A stretch of DNA of 64,000 nt from assembly GCA_029259155.1 (NCBI GenBank), contig JAPDJI010000017.1, positions 77,759-141,758 of the forward strand, written 5' to 3'. The DNA is from Candidatus Methanomethylicia archaeon (GTDB lineage Archaea > Thermoproteota > Methanomethylicia > Nezhaarchaeales > B40-G2). The position numbers and the translations under genes were made by a program. Every line of letters begins with the position of its first letter. Within the stretch, counting starts at the first letter, position 1. Shown piece by piece: positions 1 to 7,841 of this stretch. The notes under the pieces were generated by a model, which was not told where the DNA came from, ran no database searches, and saw only the letters and a program-made list of their open reading frames with translations.

Positions 1-534
1 GCCCATGTATGTGTATAGTACTCTGTCGGTGCTGTTGGTGGCAGCGTTGTATCTCTGATAGGCATTTCTAGGATTGACGAGAACCGCTTGATTTAGGTCA
101 TCTATGGTTATGACGGTTTCAAGGTATCTTCTCGGATAACAATCGGTAGGAAAGCCTTCAGCTCTAAGCTCTACTTCTTTATGACTTACTAAGTCCTCTA
201 TGACATGTCCTCCACCATACTCTATGCCTCGACTCTCGCTTATGGCTGTAGCTCCTATGTAAGCATCGACTGCAGCTAGCCCTTTATAGGCTGGAACATC
301 ATTAAGCCAGCACTTAAACATCTTTATGGGCGGATCGCTATGACCAAAATTCAGGAAGGCACCTGAGCTACACATTGCCCCAAAGGTGCCTGTGGTAACT
401 ACATCTACCTCCTTAGCGGCTTTTTCCACTCCATAGCGGCGGACATACTCCACATATTCGTCAGCGGTCATTACAACTACGTCGCCTTTCCTTATCTTCT
501 CGTTGACCTCCTCATATTTCCTAAGAACCTCCAC
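1..534 (-). CDS. Homocysteine biosynthesis protein / L-aspartate semialdehyde sulfurtransferase (DUF39, MA1821-like), N-terminal part, truncated by window start
   Basis: Not in ORF track. Manual translation from GTG at 534 (G-rich SD upstream) gives ...[18 protein letters not shown]...[30 protein letters not shown]...[25 protein letters not shown], typical of the family. Confidence 0.85.
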   Translation of the reverse strand, partial: MEVLRKYEEVNEKIRKGDVVVMTADEYVEYVRRYGVEKAAKEVDVVTTGTFGAMCSSGAFLNFGHSDPPIKMFKCWLNDVPAYKGLAAVDAYIGATAISESRGIEYGGGHVIEDLVSHKEVELRAEGFPTDCYPRRYLETVITIDDLNQAVLVNPRNAYQRYNAATNSTDRVLYTYMG

Positions 535-602
535 CCCCCTAGGTTCCATACGGCTCGCCGCGCCTAGGTTTGATATCTACTATTTAAAACTTATCCTTGG
601 AA

Positions 603-623
603 TTAATTACTGCTAGTAATTAA
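603..623. promoter_or_regulatory. Perfect 9-bp inverted repeat TTAATTACT-gct-AGTAATTAA (candidate operator or hairpin)
   Basis: Seen directly; lies just upstream of a minus-strand TATA-like TTTAAATA (about 581-588) of the homocysteine gene. Confidence 0.4.
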
Positions 624-754
624 GCCTCGACCATCTTGGCACGCTTACACCTAGGACAAATGATACCTCCGGCCTCTTCAAGTTCCAGCATCCAGTCGTA
701 AGGTCCTGTGGGAAGGACGTAGCCGCAAGAAGGACATTTATATGCTTTAGGCAA
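620..754 (-). CDS. Small CPxCG-type zinc-finger protein (44 aa)
   Basis: TTG start after GGGGGG SD; MPKAYKCPSCGYVLPTGPYDWMLELEEAGGIICPRCKRAKMVEA, two CxxC pairs. Confidence 0.7.
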   Translation of the reverse strand: MPKAYKCPSCGYVLPTGPYDWMLELEEAGGIICPRCKRAKMVEA

Positions 755-808
755 ACATAACCCCCCGCCGCCTTTTAAGGCGCTAGCTTATAAACCGTTT
801 TCGCTCTT

Positions 809-1270
809 CTATTTACTTCGACTTAGGGGAGGCCTGAAGTCTTCCTTTACCACGTTGAGGACCATGCTAGTTGAAGTACGCTTTACATGAGGTATCTTGA
901 GCAAGCTTTTTATGAACCTGTTGAGGGTATCTCTACTCTTGAACCTTGCTATAACAGCTATGTCGAATTCTCCTGTCACGTCGTACACGGCGCAGGTATC
1001 TTCAAGCTTGGCTACCTCATTCTCTACCTCGACCAAGTGGCTTCCATCAGCTTGCAGCAGTATAAGCGCAGTTAAGTCATAGCCCAGCTTAGAAAAGTCT
1101 ATGATGGGAGCAAAACCCTTAATCACGCCTTCAGCCATAAGCTTCTTTACCCTATTATGAACCGTGGCTACCGAGAGCTCTAACTCCTTAGCTATCTCTC
1201 TAAAGCTCTTTCTCGCGTCTTTCGAAAGAAGCTCCAGTATTTTTAAGTCTATTTCGTCCAAGGCTATCAC
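809..1270 (-). CDS. Lrp/AsnC family transcriptional regulator
   Basis: LDEIDLKIL...DARKSFREIAKEL...TVHNRVKKL HTH; VYDVTGEFD RAM-domain motif. Confidence 0.95.
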   Translation of the reverse strand: MIALDEIDLKILELLSKDARKSFREIAKELELSVATVHNRVKKLMAEGVIKGFAPIIDFSKLGYDLTALILLQADGSHLVEVENEVAKLEDTCAVYDVTGEFDIAVIARFKSRDTLNRFIKSLLKIPHVKRTSTSMVLNVVKEDFRPPLSRSK

Positions 1271-1292
1271 TAAGAGGAGGGCGGCTTAGGTT

Positions 1293-2201
1293 TTAAAGCT
1301 GGCTGTCCTCCTCGAGTAATTTACGCAAGCTCCTAGTTATCGCTTCATCAAGCTTAGCATACTTCCTCGTCCTTTTCCTACTTGTTCTGATGGGGTACCC
1401 CCCTATAATATCGTGAGCTTTTAAAGCCAACTCATCGGCCTCACCTTCTTCATACCTCTTCCACTCATCGCTATGCTTAAAGGAGGAGGGCTCAGCCCAA
1501 CCCGGTGTAAACTGGTCCAACTTATTGACGGGTATGCAAATACATACCAGGTCCAACTCTCTATGTAGACTCAAGGGGCAAGTGAATACTCTTTGAGGAT
1601 CCATTTTATTCTCTATCTTGAGTCGGCCACCCCTTCCTGTACTGTACTTTTCAACAATATGTGGCTCTATTTTCCGCAAAACATACTCAACGGTCGCAAA
1701 CGCTATGTCAAGAGGATTCATCTTTCTCCTTAACTCTCGGGAGAAGGCTTCATGATGTATCCTCACATGGGCTCCTCTCCCACTCCAGAATACTGACACC
1801 GACTTACATACTCCTTCCTTATCGAGTAAGGATACTAATTCTTGGCAAACCTTCACCGTGTCTTTCCAACCCTCTAGGTCATTATCTATGTCCCAGCAGG
1901 GGGTGCAGGCATATACGTTGTTCATTGAAGCTACATCGTACTCTGAGGACAATCTTCTATAGAGGTTAGAGGAAGCATAGAGAGCTCTAGGTCTAAGCTT
2001 AGCCAACCTTTTAACCAAGCCAACTACGTCTTCAGGGGCGTTTAAGGTTAAAGGTCTTTTATTTCTATCATACCGCACAAGGAGATATCTTCCTTTGCTG
2101 TCCTTTTGCGAGCAATGAACACTAACCCACCTATTTTTAGCGTAGTCAACAATCTCCTTTGCGACTTCTGGCTTCATGTAGTACTCCTGAGCCAGATCCA
2201 T
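1293..2201 (-). CDS. Archaeo-eukaryotic primase (AEP) superfamily protein, PriS-like catalytic fold
   Basis: Motif I WDID, motif II WSGRGAH, motif III D-x-x-R followed by PLSLH. Confidence 0.7.
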   Translation of the reverse strand: MDLAQEYYMKPEVAKEIVDYAKNRWVSVHCSQKDSKGRYLLVRYDRNKRPLTLNAPEDVVGLVKRLAKLRPRALYASSNLYRRLSSEYDVASMNNVYACTPCWDIDNDLEGWKDTVKVCQELVSLLDKEGVCKSVSVFWSGRGAHVRIHHEAFSRELRRKMNPLDIAFATVEYVLRKIEPHIVEKYSTGRGGRLKIENKMDPQRVFTCPLSLHRELDLVCICIPVNKLDQFTPGWAEPSSFKHSDEWKRYEEGEADELALKAHDIIGGYPIRTSRKRTRKYAKLDEAITRSLRKLLEEDSQL

Positions 2202-2232
2202 GAGAAATCCCTAATCGTTTGAAACTAGATAA

Positions 2233-2985
2233 CTAGTAGATGTACCCCAAACCTTTCTCTGCTTCTTTAGCTCGCTTCAGCTGTTCATATTGTCTGTGAA
2301 GGTCTTCATCAAACTTCTTAGCTAACTCCTCTATCCTAGAAGTATCGATCTTAATGGCTAGGATCTCCTTAAGCGCCTTCACTAAGGTGGCGGCTGCCTT
2401 AATGTCTGGAGCATCGATGATATATGTTTCACTAAGCAAGCAGACTCCTTTAACTCCTCGCTGAGCCATATATTCGAGCAAGAGCCCGTTCATGCCACTT
2501 ATACTGCTTCTACCTGGCATCACAGATACTCCCTTACTTACGAGTTCCTCAAGCAGTGAGCTATGCGTCGCTACGGCGTAGATTTTAGGTTCTTCCACAT
2601 GTCTAGGTACGGGGTAGGCGGCCATCGTGAAGAGCTTTTTGACTCCTAGTTCAGCAGAGGCTTCGGCTACCTTATCTGCAAGCATACGCTGTCCTTCAGC
2701 TGAGGAAGGCTGAGCATCACCGGTGAAAAGTAGTATGTCTTTCTCTTCAGCGTGTGCTAGATAGAACCTATAGAACTTCTTGTCTAGGAAGGACTCCATA
2801 ACTCCATCATTAAATACCACCAATGAAGGATAGAGGTGAGGCGAAGTTACCTCGCCAATAAGAGAAGCTTTAGCCTCCTCTATAAGATAATCAACAGCTT
2901 GCTTAGCTACATATCCCATTCCTGGAAGTCCGGCTACCATTATCAACTCATCAGCTTTAATCTTGCCGTAAAACTTGACCTCCAA
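2233..2985 (-). CDS. PAC2 family proteasome assembly chaperone-like protein
   Basis: AGLPGMGYVAKQAVDYL, FTGDAQP, ISGMNGLLL, CLLSET..PDIKAA motifs. Confidence 0.9.
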   Translation of the reverse strand: MEVKFYGKIKADELIMVAGLPGMGYVAKQAVDYLIEEAKASLIGEVTSPHLYPSLVVFNDGVMESFLDKKFYRFYLAHAEEKDILLFTGDAQPSSAEGQRMLADKVAEASAELGVKKLFTMAAYPVPRHVEEPKIYAVATHSSLLEELVSKGVSVMPGRSSISGMNGLLLEYMAQRGVKGVCLLSETYIIDAPDIKAAATLVKALKEILAIKIDTSRIEELAKKFDEDLHRQYEQLKRAKEAEKGLGYIY

Positions 2986-3027
2986 CTTAACGCGCCTATG
3001 AAACCTAGGCTGCCGTAGATAAAAAAC

Positions 3028-3843
3028 TTAAGCATCTACATCAGGGTTTTCTAGCTCTGAGGTTTTCTTGGCCTCTAACATCCTCCTTACTACGCTCCAC
3101 GGCAAAGCCACGTCCTCTCTCCTAAGCTCGACAGGACCAAGTATTACTAATCCTTCACCGCCACGTATCTCTATTTCGTGTAGCCTAAGGTCGTGCGGGG
3201 TCTGCCTCATCTTCTCGATTAGTAAAAACCTCCTCAGCCTTCCTCCCCTCACCATTCTTCTAAACCTTATTATTCCATCACTTATGTGTTCTACGCCGAA
3301 GCCGAAGGCTTCGCTTGTAGTTATAGCGTATTGGGAGGTAAGCAGTATCGTGAAGCCCCACTGTGACAACACTTTCTTTACATAGTACGAGTGCCTTCTA
3401 GCCATGGCTGGTGCATCAAGCCAGAAAGCCGACATGCTATCGACCACGAGCCTACCATCACCGTAACCCAGATGCTTCTTAGCCTCTATCACCTTGCTAA
3501 CAAGCTCCTCGGGGTTTAACGTTTGTAATGACCAAGGCTCTCCTCCGGGCCTCATTAATGCGTCTATGACTATTAGTCGTCGATCCAGTATGGCTTTCCT
3601 AAAATCGAAGCCGAACTGGGCAGCTTGCTTAATAATGGACTCTCTACTTTCCTCAGTGGTTACGTAGATGCACTTATCTCCTTCCTCAACGCCCTTGGCT
3701 ATGAAGTGTATGCAAAGCACAGTCTTACCTGTCCCAGGCTCACCTGTCACAGCTACTACGAAGCCTTTAGGTATGCCTCCATGAAGCATCTCATCTAACT
3801 TAAGTACTCCTGTCGATACTATTTCTACCGCGCTTTCCATCAA
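3028..3843 (-). CDS. KaiC-domain RecA-superfamily ATPase (archaeal PAE1156-like family)
   Basis: STGV..LDEMLHGGIP, Walker A GEPGTGKT, LVVDSMSAFWLD, EHISDGII, IEKMRQT. Confidence 0.9.
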   Translation of the reverse strand: MMESAVEIVSTGVLKLDEMLHGGIPKGFVVAVTGEPGTGKTVLCIHFIAKGVEEGDKCIYVTTEESRESIIKQAAQFGFDFRKAILDRRLIVIDALMRPGGEPWSLQTLNPEELVSKVIEAKKHLGYGDGRLVVDSMSAFWLDAPAMARRHSYYVKKVLSQWGFTILLTSQYAITTSEAFGFGVEHISDGIIRFRRMVRGGRLRRFLLIEKMRQTPHDLRLHEIEIRGGEGLVILGPVELRREDVALPWSVVRRMLEAKKTSELENPDVDA

Positions 3844-3877
3844 CCTAACCTCTGGGGAAAAAAGGTCTTCCTTACGT

Positions 3878-4276
3878 TTAAAGATACCTTCTTATCAGCT
3901 CTTCGAGCTGGGGTAGAGGCCTATAGCCTATAATCTTGCCCATGTAGTTCCCATTCTTGAACACGAGAAGGGTGGGTACCTCCATGATTGCGTACTTTTC
4001 TACAGTGGCTGGATTGACATCTACGTCAAGCTTGCCAAACACAACCTTCCCGGCATACCTCTTTGCTAGTTCATCTATTACTGGTGCTAAGAGCCTACAT
4101 GGAGGACACCAAACAGCCCAGCAATCCACGATGACTAGAGGGTTCTTCTTAACCACCTCTTCTATGTTATGGTCACCGACTTCTATGGGCTTATCGAGCA
4201 CCTCCTTTCTCCCCTCCATTAGTTCTCTAAGCATCCTTTTCTTAATGACCTCCAGCTCCTTATCCTCTTCACTCAT
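3878..4276 (-). CDS. trxA: Thioredoxin
   Basis: WAVWCPPC active site and cis-Pro VPT motif; start placed at ATG 4276, overlapping the upstream FTR gene. Confidence 0.9.
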   Translation of the reverse strand: MSEEDKELEVIKKRMLRELMEGRKEVLDKPIEVGDHNIEEVVKKNPLVIVDCWAVWCPPCRLLAPVIDELAKRYAGKVVFGKLDVDVNPATVEKYAIMEVPTLLVFKNGNYMGKIIGYRPLPQLEELIRRYL

Positions 4277-4559
4277 CTTTCTCACCTTTCACGAAGAGCC
4301 CGCAATGACACCTACCTTTAGTTTTTACATCTTCCTCCATCCAGATGCAAGGGCAGATCTTAGGCTTATCCTTTTCAGGATCTCCTGTAACTACTCTGCA
4401 GGGGCAGTACCTTACACCATACTTCTCCTCGTTTCTCATTAATCCCCTAAGTATGGCGTCAACCAGCTTCTCGTCGGGGTTCAGCTCAAATCCTTTATGT
4501 CTAGCGTATTCTTCAGCCCATCTCCTCAAATCTGCCAGTTTATTTTCTACCTCTGTCAT
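4269..4559 (-). CDS. Ferredoxin:thioredoxin reductase catalytic subunit
   Basis: YCPCR...ICPC...RCHCGLF signature. Confidence 0.92.
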   Translation of the reverse strand: MTEVENKLADLRRWAEEYARHKGFELNPDEKLVDAILRGLMRNEEKYGVRYCPCRVVTGDPEKDKPKICPCIWMEEDVKTKGRCHCGLFVKGEKDE

Positions 4560-4585
4560 ACAACCGACCTTGACCTGAACAACGA

Positions 4586-5944
4586 CTACTTAGATATAAT
4601 GTTTTCCAGCTCGCTAGCTATTTTCCTTGCTTTCTTCACGACCTCAAGGGCACTACGTCCAAGAAGCCTTATCATAGGCTCCTTTCCGACGCCTCCTTCG
4701 TCGTATATAGCGTCAGGGTCTCCCTCAAAATTCTTTAACGCCTCCTGCACACCCCACGTTAAGCTTCTTCCCTCTATACTTTGAACGTTTTCAGGTTCCA
4801 TTCTTCTGTCAAAACATGCTAGCTTGAAACCAAGCCTACGGCAAGCCTCTAAGGTTTCAGGGCTATACTTTACGTTGAGCGCTGCTCTAAGGTGCGGTTT
4901 ATGCTTCATGACCTCTATGACCAACCTAGCTAAATGGCTTGAAGCTCCAAAGGAAGGACAGCCTGCTGCTCTCGGTTTGCCAGCCACCTCGGTGACTCTG
5001 CCTTCGACCCCACATACGTCATCTATCTCCTTGGCTCCAGGTATGCCTACCACTAAGTTCATCCTAACTTCGGGTATGAGCTTAACTAACTCAGGGCTCT
5101 CTTCCAAGACCCTGAGCCCTTTACGAACTTCGTATAGAGCTTCGAGCTTAGCTGAGGCTTTCTCTATCTCCTTTAGCGGCTCGATAACCTTGAACCCTAA
5201 CCCCACGGGCTCGCTCGACCTTATAGCTCTCCATGTAAACCAGCCAGCTTCCTCTACGGCTTCAGGTAAAGGATAGCCTTTTGCTAGAAGAGCTGCTATA
5301 GCGGAGGAAAAGGTACATCCAGAACCTCTTACATCCTCTACGGCTTCTCGCTTAAACATGTATATATTGCCTTCATGTAGTAGGAGGTCGATCACTTTCT
5401 CTCCGCGGCGCCACCCCTTTATTACAGGGTTCTTTACTCCAAGCTCTTTTAAGTTTTCTAAAGCTGCTTTCAGGTCTTCCTCTGACCTGACCTTCACGCC
5501 GGTTAGCGTTTCAGCCTCTTTCACGTTGGGGGTAACGACGGTAGCTAATGGTAGAAGCTTGTCGGTAAGCACCTTGATGCCTTCCTTCTCTATGAGAGGC
5601 TCTCCTTCCTTGGCTTCCACTACAGGGTCTACCACTAAAGGCGCTTCTCTATGTTTATCGAGGAGTTCAGCTACGGCCTCAACATTATCCTTAGACCAAA
5701 GCATACCTACCTTCACTGCCACTACTTTAAGGTCGCTGAACAAAGCCTCAGCTTGGGACTTGACACAAAGCGGAGGCAGTGGGTAAACTCCCTTGACGTT
5801 TTTCGTGTCCTGGTAGGTTATGGCAGATATCACGCAAGCCGGATGGAAGCCTAATGCCATGAAGGTTTTTGCGTCTGCTAATACTCCTGCTCCACCTGCA
5901 GGGTCTAGTCCAGCTATGGAGAGACATGAAGGGTGTTTAAGCGT
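4586..5944 (-). CDS. thiD: Bifunctional HMP/HMP-P kinase - thiamine phosphate synthase (ThiD-ThiN fusion)
   Basis: Frame is open upstream of ATG 5860 and encodes the conserved SIAGLDPAGGAG..AD motif; also VKVGML, VVDPV, TPNVKEA, GSGCTFSSAIA and ThiN IPEVRMN, FGASSHLAR, GKEPMI. Start codon appears non-canonical (ACG 5944). Confidence 0.9.
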   Translation of the reverse strand, partial: TLKHPSCLSIAGLDPAGGAGVLADAKTFMALGFHPACVISAITYQDTKNVKGVYPLPPLCVKSQAEALFSDLKVVAVKVGMLWSKDNVEAVAELLDKHREAPLVVDPVVEAKEGEPLIEKEGIKVLTDKLLPLATVVTPNVKEAETLTGVKVRSEEDLKAALENLKELGVKNPVIKGWRRGEKVIDLLLHEGNIYMFKREAVEDVRGSGCTFSSAIAALLAKGYPLPEAVEEAGWFTWRAIRSSEPVGLGFKVIEPLKEIEKASAKLEALYEVRKGLRVLEESPELVKLIPEVRMNLVVGIPGAKEIDDVCGVEGRVTEVAGKPRAAGCPSFGASSHLARLVIEVMKHKPHLRAALNVKYSPETLEACRRLGFKLACFDRRMEPENVQSIEGRSLTWGVQEALKNFEGDPDAIYDEGGVGKEPMIRLLGRSALEVVKKARKIASELENIISK

Positions 5945-5996
5945 AGCTCAACCCTCCGTTAAGCTTAAGCTTAAGCTTTTGAAAAAGCTTAGCTCC

Positions 5997-6962
5997 TTAG
6001 TACCACCATGTAGTTACTTCAGGCTCCTTTAATGTTCTCTTCGCCGGGTCATGTAATCCTTCACAGACTTCCTCAAAAGGACAGCGATGCCACTTACCTT
6101 TCACTAAGGCCTGAAGCTTGCGCGGACTTTTATGTTTATGAACGCAGGTAGCTCCTTGCCTTAAGCATATAGTCCTACCCGTTAACCATAGAAGGTCGTC
6201 GAGGATGGAGGGTTTGACCTCTGCTATGTCGGCTACCCGTTTAAAGGCGGAGCGGGTCTGCATCCTAAGCATTACGTCGAATGATAAGTCCACCTTCCCA
6301 CTCCTTAAAGTTTCAAGGTCACTCCTCGATAGTTCTATGAGCCCTATCCTTAAAGCTAGCCTAGTCAAATGGTTGTCTACAGGGACGTGTAGATTTTCAG
6401 GATCTTCTACCTGGAAGAGCCCTCCTCTCTCTAGGAACTTGATCAGGAGGTAGGGTTTCTTGGCCACAGGGTCGCTAAAAGCTTTGAATGGCCTCAAGAG
6501 CTCCACTAGCCTCATGCAGCTTCCCTGCGCAGCCTCGATGAGCTTGAAAGCTTCTCCTTTGAAGAGCTTCATTAACCACTTGGCGGTATCTCTCAGGAGC
6601 AGGGCTCTAAGCCCAGGTTTTTTAACAACCTTACCTGAGAAAGGGGCTGTAAGCCAGGAAACTACCTCTCCCATGTTAATCTTAAGCATCTCGGTGGTGG
6701 TGAAGAAGGAAGGCTGCTTCCTCCACTTAATTTCACCGAGCTTCCAGAGGAGGTCTGAACCCTTATAGAACCGGCCTTCCATCTTGGCCTTGAACCCTCT
6801 GCCGGTTCTATGGTCTATGGAAACCATGAAGATAAGGTAGTTTGCCAAAGCTTCAGGGCTAGCTTGGCGAGGAAGATACTGTGTATCGAGTGGGATCTGT
6901 TTAAGGCTGAGTTTAATAAGGTAGTTCCCTAAAGCCTCGATGAGACCTTGATTTAGCTTCAA
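5997..6962 (-). CDS. HhH-superfamily N-glycosylase-like protein (Qng1/DUF2419-like) with Fe-S cluster loop cysteines
   Basis: FSDPVAKKPYLL, LHVPVDNHLTRLALRIG, LDDLLW, C-x6-C...C-x5-C, C-terminal TTWWY. Confidence 0.6.
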   Translation of the reverse strand: MKLNQGLIEALGNYLIKLSLKQIPLDTQYLPRQASPEALANYLIFMVSIDHRTGRGFKAKMEGRFYKGSDLLWKLGEIKWRKQPSFFTTTEMLKINMGEVVSWLTAPFSGKVVKKPGLRALLLRDTAKWLMKLFKGEAFKLIEAAQGSCMRLVELLRPFKAFSDPVAKKPYLLIKFLERGGLFQVEDPENLHVPVDNHLTRLALRIGLIELSRSDLETLRSGKVDLSFDVMLRMQTRSAFKRVADIAEVKPSILDDLLWLTGRTICLRQGATCVHKHKSPRKLQALVKGKWHRCPFEEVCEGLHDPAKRTLKEPEVTTWWY

Positions 6963-7059
6963 GTCCGAGAAATTTATCTCAGGCTTTCCCTAAAGCCTTT
7001 AGGGGGCCTCTGATGAGTGAGCTCGAAAAGGTCGACGCTTAAGCGGTGGGAGACTTCGC

Positions 7060-7800
7060 ATGGGATCGAAGAGGCCCCTTGAAATTAAAGCAGTGCTCTT
7101 CGACCTGGGTAATACCTTAGCGGGAGGGTCTGACACCTACGAAGCATTTAAGGCCTCCATCCTCGCTGTGGCCTCAAAATTAAGAGAGCTAGGCTTTAGG
7201 GTAGACGCTAAGCGATTAGCTGAGGTTAGGCTTAGAAACAGGGCTTTCTTCACTGAGCTTCGAAAGAAGACTTTGAAGGAGGTTTTAGGAGAGATCTGGA
7301 TGCGTCGAGACTTAGAGGATGCAGGGCTTAAGCCTGACGACTCTTTAGTAAAGGAAGCTCTTAGAGCTCACTGCGAAGCTATAGTGAATCTACGCTATGT
7401 CTACGACGATGTCCTTGAAGCCCTGGAGAAGCTCATGGAGCTAGGCTATAGGATGGCTGTGGTGTCTAACGTGAGCGTCCACTGGATGGCGGAGGAGACC
7501 TTAAGGAGGCTCGGCTTAATGCATTTCTTCGAATTTCTTGTCACTTCCGCCTCGGTAGGTTGGCGTAAACCCCACCCAGCTATCTTCAATGAAGCTCTAC
7601 GCCTACTTGGCCTTACGTCTAAGGAGGCGGTTTTCGTTGGTGATGACCTGTGGGCCGATATATATGGAGCTAAGTCTATTGGTATGAGAACGGTGTGGAT
7701 TAAGAGGAAAGAGAAGGTCCAGGAGCCTATCATAAACCCTGATGCTGAGGTTAACTCCCTTAAAGAGTTAATGGAGGTGATACTTTCTTTTTCAGAGTAG
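7060..7800 (+). CDS. HAD-superfamily hydrolase
   Basis: FDLGNTL motif I, VVSN, RKPHPAIF, FVGDDLWADIYGA. Confidence 0.92.
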   Translation: MGSKRPLEIKAVLFDLGNTLAGGSDTYEAFKASILAVASKLRELGFRVDAKRLAEVRLRNRAFFTELRKKTLKEVLGEIWMRRDLEDAGLKPDDSLVKEALRAHCEAIVNLRYVYDDVLEALEKLMELGYRMAVVSNVSVHWMAEETLRRLGLMHFFEFLVTSASVGWRKPHPAIFNEALRLLGLTSKEAVFVGDDLWADIYGAKSIGMRTVWIKRKEKVQEPIINPDAEVNSLKELMEVILSFSE

Positions 7801-7841
7801 TCTTTATGCGTCTCCTCTCTTATGGAGGCTACCGGGGGTGA

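Noticed and set aside
5959-5990. Tandem AAGCTT/TTAAGC repeats upstream of thiD
   Set aside because: Only about 3 units of a hexamer that is very common in this genome; not a CRISPR or a convincing operator
7010-7060. TGATGA as the C box of a C/D sRNA
   Set aside because: No CTGA D box or D'/C' pair at suitable distance
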